This document shows, one piece after another, positions 36,405-43,402 of a stretch of 50,006 bases of DNA (positions are counted from its first letter, which is position 1; each line of letters starts with the position of its first letter). The notes beneath the pieces were generated by a model. That model made no database searches, had not been told where the DNA came from, and worked only from the letters and a program-made list of their open reading frames with translations. The position numbers and the translations under genes were made by a program. The stretch is from a bacterium (GTDB taxonomy: Bacteria > Zhuqueibacterota > QNDG01 > JAFGCO01). Where the stretch lies: the NCBI GenBank assembly GCA_016930535.1, contig JAFGGN010000117.1, positions 1 to 50,006 on the forward strand, given 5' to 3'.

Positions 36405-36406
36405 TC

Positions 36407-36694
36407 CTATGACGTAAAAATCGCATTAAGATAGAAGAACAGAACGAAAAGGCAGGTAAAAAATATCAACAGCAACAAAAGAGCGATGTAAAACAACCTG
36501 ACCGGACTATTCCTTTCGAGACCGATTAATTCGATGATATTTTCAATGTCCTGAAAATGATTCCAGAAACTGATTTTATAATCATTCATATGACAAATCG
36601 TTTTTATGATATAACCGATAACAATGGCAGGTACAGCCGCATAGGTTATATTTTCAAAATGACTGAAAAACAGGATCAAATCAATTATAAGCAT
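36407..36694 (-). CDS. Hypothetical small membrane protein encoded in a low-GC islet
   Basis: About 95 aa, start MLIIDLILFF. Two or three hydrophobic helices. Local GC is roughly 35% against about 57% for the surroundings. Overlaps the upstream gene's stop by 14 nt. Confidence 0.45.
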   Translation of the reverse strand: MLIIDLILFFSHFENITYAAVPAIVIGYIIKTICHMNDYKISFWNHFQDIENIIELIGLERNSPVRLFYIALLLLLIFFTCLFVLFFYLNAIFTS

Positions 36695-37358
36695 GAATTC
36701 CTCCTGCCCTCCCAGAGATATCCCTTCCCCGCTTCCTGAACACGTAATAATCCGCGTTCTTCGTGTATTCCGGCCGGCCGGTGCGTTCCTTCCGGGACGG
36801 ATTTGTACGGGGGATGAAATAATCCTCCAGGTCATCCCCGGAAATCCGGACCTGTTTTCCGCGTTCATGGATCACGGCTGCGAGCCCGAAAACCGGGCTC
36901 CGGGCCGCTTCGCCCGCATCGTCATGATGATTGTTGGTTAGGATCAGGCCGCCGGGTCTCAGGTACCTGTGACAGGATGCCGCGATACCGCCCGCATAAA
37001 GCGATATCAGCAGATCAAAACTGTTGTCACGCAAGGAAAGATCCTGCGTGAAATCCAGCCCGATAAAACGGACATGCGCGGACCGGCCGTACTTTTTGTT
37101 CCGGTCCACCAGGGCCTGAACCGCATCCGTGTCTTTGAAAAAATCCGCCGCCATAACGCCGTTGTCCACATACACCACATGCGGAAAAAAGAAGGACGGC
37201 GTCACGTGGATCTGGCAGCCCGGATACAGCACCGTTTCGGAGGGAAACGCATCAGCGAGCGCCTCGAAAAGGCCCCTGCGCTCGAGATGCATGTCGGAGA
37301 GATAGGTTTTATATAAATGTTCGACGGGATTGTCCGGCATGAGCGGTCCTTCCATCAA
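36681..37358 (-). CDS. Putative class-I SAM-dependent methyltransferase-fold protein
   Basis: 225 aa. Rossmann-like ETVLYPGCQIHV...FDLLISLYAGG...LRPGGLILTN. The family is uncertain. Confidence 0.55.
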   Translation of the reverse strand: MMEGPLMPDNPVEHLYKTYLSDMHLERRGLFEALADAFPSETVLYPGCQIHVTPSFFFPHVVYVDNGVMAADFFKDTDAVQALVDRNKKYGRSAHVRFIGLDFTQDLSLRDNSFDLLISLYAGGIAASCHRYLRPGGLILTNNHHDDAGEAARSPVFGLAAVIHERGKQVRISGDDLEDYFIPRTNPSRKERTGRPEYTKNADYYVFRKRGRDISGRAGGIHAYN

Positions 37359-37485
37359 TCAGCATATAGTTACAGCAAGGCAAGTTAGAGCTTTATATAT
37401 ATTATTCACGGCAAATAAAAAGATCAGGACGCGACAACGGAATCCGCTGCCGCTGCGTCCTGATCTTTAAAATGCATTCCCGCGC

Positions 37486-38907
37486 TTATTTCGCGTCTTT
37501 GTCTTCCGGTTCTTTTTTCGGATCCTTTTCTGAAGGTGCCGTTTCTTCCGCTTTTTTCCGGAACTCCGCTTCGATGGTATCGCCCAGGATGGCCGGCAGC
37601 TTGATGCCTGACATTTCCGCGAATTCCTGCAGGCCGGGCAGGGCTTTCACCACGCTGGAAAGCCAACTGGCCGTGGTGGAGGTGCCGTTTGGCCCACCCA
37701 TGCCGTCCATGACCACGACCTTGTCGAACTTGATGCTGCTGATGGCCTTGGTCTGCGCTTCCACGATGGCGGGCAGCTGTTCCACGATGAGCAAGGTGGC
37801 TGCCTTGTCGGGATTACCGCCAGCCGCCTTCACGATCTCTTTCAATCCTTCGGCTTTCTTCTGAAGCACAGCGAGGATACCCGCGGCCTGACCTTCCATT
37901 TCCTTCTGAATGGCAAGTCCTTTTCCTTCCCCTTCCCGGGTCAGACGCGCTTTTTCCGCCTCCGCCGCTTTCTCGATTTTTTGCCGTTCCACATCGGCCG
38001 GAACCACAACATGAATTTCCTGCGTGATCTGCTCTTTCTTCTTCCGTTCGGACTCGGCTTTCTGTTCGGATTTGTAGGAGGCCTCGAGCGCTTCGGCCGC
38101 CTTGATTTTTTCCGCGGAGATGGCCCGTTTTTCCGCATCGGCCACGTTCTCCCGTCTGTCGGCATGTGAATTGGCCTTCTGGATCTCCGCCAGATTTTCT
38201 CCTTTCACGGCTTCTGCCTCGGCTTTGGCCACGTTCACGCGTTTTTCCTGGTCCGCATTCGCTTTTCCGGTCTCTCCATCGCGTTCCTGCTTGGCTACTT
38301 CAATTTTCGCCTTATTGATGGCCTCGGCGGCCGCTTTTTTGCCCAGGGCTTCGATGTACCCGGATTCGTCATTGATATCCGTAAAATTGACGTTGATCAG
38401 ATACAGACCGATCTTATTCAGCTCGGATTCGACATTATCCATGACTTTTTTTTCAAATGCTTCCCGGTCCGCATTGATGGATTCGATTTCCATGGTGGCC
38501 ACGGTTGCACGCAGCTGCCCGAAAATAATGTCCCTGGCCAGTTCTTCGATCTGGCTAGGTTTGAGGCCGAGAAGCCTTTCAGCCGCATTGATCATTATCG
38601 TCGGTTTCGTGGAGATACCGAATGTAAACCGGGATGGAATATCGATACGGATGTTTTGATTCGACAGCGCCTTGGTCAGATTGATATCCGTGGTCATGGG
38701 AGTCAGATCAAGAAATTCATAGGCCTGCACCAGCGGCCATACGAATGTCGCGCCCCCGTGAATCGGCAAGGCGGACTTGTCCTTGCCCACGTTTCCGTAC
38801 TTGACCAGCACTTTATTGGACGGGCATTTCTTGTAGCGTGCGGCTGCACTCAAGAACAGGATAAATACAATCAATGCCAGCGCGCCAACCAGGGTCAACG
38901 AATACAT
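37486..38907 (-). CDS. floT: Flotillin / SPFH (band 7) domain protein (FloT/YqiK-like)
   Basis: 473 aa. N-terminal TM helix, SPFH domain, long Ala/Glu/Lys-rich coiled coil (EAEAVKGENLAEIQKANSHADRRENVADAEKRAISAEKIKAAEALEA). Confidence 0.85.
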   Translation of the reverse strand: MYSLTLVGALALIVFILFLSAAARYKKCPSNKVLVKYGNVGKDKSALPIHGGATFVWPLVQAYEFLDLTPMTTDINLTKALSNQNIRIDIPSRFTFGISTKPTIMINAAERLLGLKPSQIEELARDIIFGQLRATVATMEIESINADREAFEKKVMDNVESELNKIGLYLINVNFTDINDESGYIEALGKKAAAEAINKAKIEVAKQERDGETGKANADQEKRVNVAKAEAEAVKGENLAEIQKANSHADRRENVADAEKRAISAEKIKAAEALEASYKSEQKAESERKKKEQITQEIHVVVPADVERQKIEKAAEAEKARLTREGEGKGLAIQKEMEGQAAGILAVLQKKAEGLKEIVKAAGGNPDKAATLLIVEQLPAIVEAQTKAISSIKFDKVVVMDGMGGPNGTSTTASWLSSVVKALPGLQEFAEMSGIKLPAILGDTIEAEFRKKAEETAPSEKDPKKEPEDKDAK

Positions 38908-38942
38908 ACAGCACCTCCTGTCATCTGAACTCTATTTTCGAT

Positions 38943-39560
38943 TTATTGTTTTATTTTCTCGACAACCAGCAGGTCGTCCGACAGCCGGACCACCCGAACC
39001 TGCTGACCCCGCCGAAGTTCAGGCCCTTCCGTTACTGCTTCCAGCTCCATTAGCCGCCCCTGAAAGGTGATGCGCACTTTTCCCTGTCCCTGCATTCCGG
39101 CGGGAATTATAATCGAAACGGTGGCGCCTTTTCCCACCGCCTGCGCCAGTGAAATATTACCGCTGCTTTTCAGCCTGGAGAGGCCGATCATGATCGACAT
39201 CACAACAGCGACGAACAGCATCCCCACCAGAACGCTGCACACGATCACGAGCCACAGCGGCATGCCCCTGTCCAGGCATCCCAGCCCGGTCCATGAAAAT
39301 CCCATGAAAAACGCAATCATATTGCGTACCGTAAAATAGCCCACGAACGGATTTTCATGCGAATGCTCCCCTGCGTGGTCCGAATCGGCATGGCCGTCCG
39401 TTCCGTCACCCGTGTCCGCATCGGAGTCCGAGTCGCTCCCGTGATCACCCAGCCCGAGAATGGTCATCAGTGCCTGCAACAGAAACAACACGGTCGAGAA
39501 CACAGCGAGCCCCCAGAAAAACTTCTGGGCCGCGATCAACGAATCCCACCATTCCTGCAT
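38943..39560 (-). CDS. nfeD: NfeD-family membrane protein (flotillin partner) with C-terminal OB-fold
   Basis: Start MQEWWDSL with RBS aggagg. Membrane helices, Asp/Ser/His-rich loop, C-terminal beta domain (GKGATVSIIIPAGMQGQGKVRITFQGRLMELEAV). Immediately upstream of the flotillin gene. Confidence 0.7.
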   Translation of the reverse strand: MQEWWDSLIAAQKFFWGLAVFSTVLFLLQALMTILGLGDHGSDSDSDADTGDGTDGHADSDHAGEHSHENPFVGYFTVRNMIAFFMGFSWTGLGCLDRGMPLWLVIVCSVLVGMLFVAVVMSIMIGLSRLKSSGNISLAQAVGKGATVSIIIPAGMQGQGKVRITFQGRLMELEAVTEGPELRRGQQVRVVRLSDDLLVVEKIKQ

Positions 39561-39780
39561 AAGATGATCCTCCTGATAAGTGGATGGTCGGTTGACCTGC
39601 ATCCATCCGATTGCCCGAATGATTACCCTTGTGATGTGATTATATTCAAGATGATTGTTTTAATTAAAGCAATAAAATTAAAAATAAAAAGGATTTCTTG
39701 ATTTTTAAAATATTTTATACCAAGTTTCATCTGGTGCCGGTTTAAAAAATTGTTCAATTTCAGGGCAAGCCCCAATCGAC

Positions 39781-39860
39781 TCTATCTCTGCTTACTCCGG
39801 TCCTCTGCGGTAATCCTTCTTTGGTCTTTGGTCTTTGTTCTTCAATCTTTAACCTTGCCC
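39781..39860 (+). repeat. Solo fragment R7 of the mosaic family (ctctgcg module plus ctttggt heptamers)
   Basis: ctctatctctgcttactccggtcctctgcgg followed by ctttggtctttggtctttgttcttc. No arms present. Confidence 0.6.
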
Positions 39861-39874
39861 TGCAGGGATCACCC

Positions 39875-41032
39875 TCATTTTTTTCCGGCAATTTTATTCA
39901 GCATATCCATGGGCGGTTCATCCACCGCGATCAGATACATGCTGTCATCCTGTTTTAAAATATAATCGTTCGGATAATCCTTTTTTTGCGGATTGGTGAT
40001 CCATTGCTCTTTCATCCTGAATTCGGGTTTTCCGTCCCCGCCGATGATTTCCGAGCCGTCCTCATCCTGCTTGGGTACCAGCACTTTCGTCTCCACACCA
40101 ATGAGAATGATACTCTCGTCCAGCAATGTTTTTGCGGCATCCTTGAAACCTCTCCCGACAAATCCTTCCGGTACTTTCTTTTTATAAAACTCGCTGCCCG
40201 AGTTGAATTCAAGGAGCTCGTTCAGCACATTGGAAAGCCCGTGATTCAGGGCCGAAGCGACCATCAGATTCCCGCTCATGTGATCCAGGCAGATGGTCTC
40301 ATCCACATGCACGCGCTCCAGGTGCTTTTTAAATTCCGAATTTTTCAGCTGGACGCATGTATATACATTGCGGTTCAGTGATTCGATGGCAAGCGTGATC
40401 AGCAGCGCCTGCGCATCCGGATTCGCTCCCTTCTCAGCAAGCCTGTCGAACTCGGTCAGCACGATTGCCGTATCGGCCTTCAATATGCCGGCCCGTTTCA
40501 GGTCCTCCTCCCTGCAGGGATCTCCGGAAATAAAATCCACCCGGTCCTCATCCACGGGCCGTTTCTCCAGATTGGCCAGAATCACGATCGGACGCTTTTC
40601 AGCGATATCGGGTGAAAGCAGCTGAGCCACAATATGCCTGCCCTGCGAATTCCAGCCGCATATGATAATATGATTCGAATAATCCACGCGTTTCATGATC
40701 CGGCCTCCTTTTATCGACAGATCCACATAGAATGTGACAATCTGGGCCCCGACAATGGCAATAAAACCGACCCCTGCAATCAGGCCGACAGTCATCGCAA
40801 GCCTGGCCAGGCTGCTGTCCCATTCCAGATCTCCCAGTTCACCCATGAAGAGTATAAACACCTTGGTCAGGGCTTCAAAAAAACTGATATCCACCTCAAG
40901 GGCGATGATGCTCGAACACAGCAGGATCAGGAACACGGATATGCTCAACGTGATCCATATGGGATACCGGTAAATCTTGTTCACCAAAAATTTCGACGCC
41001 CTTTTAAATCCAGACCGTGTCAGTTCCATCAT
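39875..41032 (-). CDS. Two-TM ion channel with cytoplasmic RCK (TrkA-N) domain (MthK-like architecture) and atypical selectivity filter
   Basis: TM1, pore helix FFEALTKVFILF, filter MGELGD instead of TVGYGD, TM2, then a Rossmann HIIICGWNSQGRHIVAQL RCK domain. Confidence 0.7.
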   Translation of the reverse strand: MMELTRSGFKRASKFLVNKIYRYPIWITLSISVFLILLCSSIIALEVDISFFEALTKVFILFMGELGDLEWDSSLARLAMTVGLIAGVGFIAIVGAQIVTFYVDLSIKGGRIMKRVDYSNHIIICGWNSQGRHIVAQLLSPDIAEKRPIVILANLEKRPVDEDRVDFISGDPCREEDLKRAGILKADTAIVLTEFDRLAEKGANPDAQALLITLAIESLNRNVYTCVQLKNSEFKKHLERVHVDETICLDHMSGNLMVASALNHGLSNVLNELLEFNSGSEFYKKKVPEGFVGRGFKDAAKTLLDESIILIGVETKVLVPKQDEDGSEIIGGDGKPEFRMKEQWITNPQKKDYPNDYILKQDDSMYLIAVDEPPMDMLNKIAGKK

Positions 41033-41365
41033 TTTACCTCATGATTTGAAACATTTCCATCAATCCGCAATCCTGCGCCGGCTGCCCCTGCCTGTTTCAG
41101 CCGGACATGACAAATATCGGATGCGTGAGATACGGCATCCCGGCTGTACTCATGGTCCCGGTACAGATACACCCGGGATACACATCGAATGTCCAGCGCA
41201 GCCCGCAGTCCGTCATTCGGAATTTCTCTTGTTGTGTAAAAAAAATGAGTCACATAGACAGAACCGGCCGGTTACATGACCCACCATCGGGAAGTTGCCT
41301 TAATGATAGCAGAATTAAAAAAATATAGGGATATAATTTAGAAATTTCAATAGACTTTTTAGAAA

Positions 41366-41508
41366 TGACCGCGGAGGGCGGACCGCTGACCGAAAATGCT
41401 TCGGAGAAACGGAGAAGATGAGAAACGGTGATATTAACCGCAGACCGCAGACCGCTGACCGCTGACCGTGAATGCCTCGGAGCGACGGAGAAGATGAGAA
41501 ACGGAGGG
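41366..41508 (+). repeat. Mosaic repeat element R8 (two tandem left-arm modules, no right arm)
   Basis: gaccgcggagggcggaccgctgacc-gaaaatgcttcggagaaacggagaagatgagaaacggtga, then accgcagaccgcagaccgctgaccgctgacc-gtgaatgcctcggagcgacggagaagatgagaaacggag. Confidence 0.8.
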
Positions 41509-41535
41509 AATGGGACATGATATAAATCCGGCCGG

Positions 41536-41841
41536 TTATTTCTTCTCCACCAGCTGCCCTGTTATATATTTGTGAAGCACGCTTTTTACAAATGTCTGAT
41601 ATTTCAAACCCTGATGCCGGGCGTATTGTTTTATCCTGTCCAGTTCCTCGGGATGGATACGGATATTCATTTTCGTTTCATTTTTCAGATGCTCTTGTGC
41701 TGCCGCCCTGAACGCCTTCTGCATTTTTTCCGAAGGTCTGCGCAGCCGGGATGGATCGATTGAATGGATCGCTTTATCCAGATCCCTCTCTTCTTCATCA
41801 AGATATTTTATATGTTCGTCATTCATGGTTTTGATCCTCAA
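41536..41841 (-). CDS. brnA: BrnA-like antitoxin (C-terminal ribbon-helix-helix)
   Basis: 101 aa. C-terminal RHH MNIRIHPEELDRIKQYARHQGLKYQTFVKSVLHKYI. Overlaps the upstream toxin gene by 23 nt. Confidence 0.65.
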   Translation of the reverse strand: MRIKTMNDEHIKYLDEEERDLDKAIHSIDPSRLRRPSEKMQKAFRAAAQEHLKNETKMNIRIHPEELDRIKQYARHQGLKYQTFVKSVLHKYITGQLVEKK

Positions 41842-42097
41842 TTAAATATTTAAATTTTCTGGACGGGAAAATGGTCTTTAAAAACAATCTTTCGCCCTTT
41901 TTGATATAGGGTACGCAAAAAGGATAATTATTGATACTGACGACAAGGATTCTCTGATCCGGGTATTTTTTATTATTCGGATGTTCAAAATCAAGCAGGA
42001 TCCCATTTTCGGAGATCGATTTGATCACATCGATGAAAGTGACACCTCTTTCATTAAAAAGCTGTTCATTCTTTTCCGGACTGTATTCGAAAACCAT
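41819..42097 (-). CDS. brnT: BrnT-like toxin (DUF497 / COG2929 ribonuclease toxin)
   Basis: 92 aa. N-terminus FEYSPEKNEQLFNERGVTFIDV fits the BrnT pattern W/F-D/E-x-x-K-N-x-x-N-x-x-K/E-H/R-G-V-S/T-F-x-E/D. C-terminal LVVS...ERLFLKTIFPSRK resembles the conserved RIISARKA segment. Confidence 0.6.
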   Translation of the reverse strand: MVFEYSPEKNEQLFNERGVTFIDVIKSISENGILLDFEHPNNKKYPDQRILVVSINNYPFCVPYIKKGERLFLKTIFPSRKFKYLIEDQNHE

Positions 42098-42102
42098 ACA
42101 GG

Positions 42103-42131
42103 AATATAAAGTTTTGTGCGCACAATGTCAA
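42103..42131 (-). promoter_or_regulatory. Sigma-70-type promoter for brnTA (TTGACA-N17-TATATT) with a perfect palindromic operator in the spacer; leaderless transcript
   Basis: Minus strand reads TTGACA (42131-42126), spacer aagttttgtgcgcacaa... (contains the 12-bp perfect palindrome ttgtgcgcacaa, 42114-42125), then TATATT (42108-42103). The ATG lies 5 nt after the -10, so the predicted TSS is at or next to the start codon. Confidence 0.6.
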
Positions 42132-42147
42132 CACCTGAAAATCGGTT

Positions 42148-42206
42148 GACACCTCCGGGAGGTCCTTCGCACTTATCTCCCAGGGAGCTTCAAGCTCCCT
42201 GGGAGA
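42148..42206. repeat. Palindromic element P4 (gacacctccgggaggtc plus tctcccagggagctt-c-aagctccctgggaga)
   Basis: Both palindrome types of family P are adjacent here, as at 36284-36404. Confidence 0.8.
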
Positions 42207-42300
42207 CAAGCCCTGTACTGGCCTGCAACATATTCCCCGGAATTCCGTCTAATAAATAATTGACATTCCAGACTGTTATCAATCCTTGAGGAGACCACGG

Positions 42301-43377
42301 ATGAAGTACAACCGTACCGCCTTGCTGTGCATCGGCTGCTTCCTTTTGATTCTGTCCGCCGGATGCCAGAAAAACGGCGAAAAAAAGAACGATAAAAAGG
42401 ACGAGGAGACCCTGATCCCCGTGGAAGCGGCCGTGGTGACCGAAGGCAGCATATCGGCCTATTACAGCAGCACGGCCACGCTGGAAACCGAGGCCGAAAC
42501 CGATGTGGTGGCCAAGGTCGGCGGCGTGGTGCAGCGCATATACGTCGAGGAGGGGGATCATGTACGCGCCGGGCAGGTCCTGGCAAAGCTGGACGAGGAG
42601 AAACTGAAGTTCCAGGTCGATCAGGCCAGGGCGTCCCTGGACAAACTCAAAAACGAATACAATCGCAGCCAGGAGCTCTTTAAAAAAGAGCTGATCAGCA
42701 CGGAAACCTTTCAGCAGGCCAAATACAGCTATGAGGTGCAGAAAGCCGCGTACAAACTGGCGGAACTGGATCTGGATTACACGGACATACGCGCTCCGAT
42801 CGGGGGCGTGGTGGCCGAGCGCATGATCAAGGTCGGCAACATGGTCGCGCTTCATGCGTCCGTATTCCGCATCACGGGACTCGACACGCTGCTCGCCGTC
42901 CTGTACGTCCCGGAAAGGCATCTCAGCAAACTGCATGTAAAACAGAAAGCCGTTCTCGAGGTGGATGCGGTCGAAGGAGCGCTCTTTCAGGGGAGCGTCA
43001 AGCGCATCAGCCCCGTGGTCGATCCCTCCTCCGGCACGGTCAAGGTCACAATCGAAGTCACGGATAAAACACGCAGGCTCAAACCCGGAATGTTCACGCG
43101 CGTCAAAGTGGTGTACGACGTGCATGAAGGTGTGATGCTGCTTCCCAAGGATGCGGTTCTGGCCGAGGACAGGGCCTCTTCCGTGTTCGTGGTCAACGAC
43201 AGCCTGGTGTTCAAACGGGATATCGAAACCGGCTATGTAAATACCACGTTTATCGAAATCACCCGGGGCATCATGCCCGGAGACACGGTGGTCACCGTGG
43301 GGAAAAACAGCCTGAAAGACAGCTCCAGGGTCGAAATCGTCAATATGAAAAAAGATACGGTCACGGTTAAGGAATAA
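42301..43377 (+). CDS. RND efflux membrane fusion protein (periplasmic adaptor, HlyD/AcrA family), lipoprotein
   Basis: Start MKYNRTALLCIGCFLLILSAGC (lipobox) with RBS gaggag. Biotinyl/lipoyl-like and beta-barrel MFP motifs (IRAPIGGVVAER..). Confidence 0.85.
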   Translation: MKYNRTALLCIGCFLLILSAGCQKNGEKKNDKKDEETLIPVEAAVVTEGSISAYYSSTATLETEAETDVVAKVGGVVQRIYVEEGDHVRAGQVLAKLDEEKLKFQVDQARASLDKLKNEYNRSQELFKKELISTETFQQAKYSYEVQKAAYKLAELDLDYTDIRAPIGGVVAERMIKVGNMVALHASVFRITGLDTLLAVLYVPERHLSKLHVKQKAVLEVDAVEGALFQGSVKRISPVVDPSSGTVKVTIEVTDKTRRLKPGMFTRVKVVYDVHEGVMLLPKDAVLAEDRASSVFVVNDSLVFKRDIETGYVNTTFIEITRGIMPGDTVVTVGKNSLKDSSRVEIVNMKKDTVTVKE

Positions 43378-43402
43378 GAAATCGAATGACAACGGACATG
43401 CC

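Noticed and set aside
42215-42300. TTGACA at 42260-42265 as a possible RND operon promoter
   Set aside because: No acceptable -10 at 16-18 bp spacing, so it is not reported as a feature.
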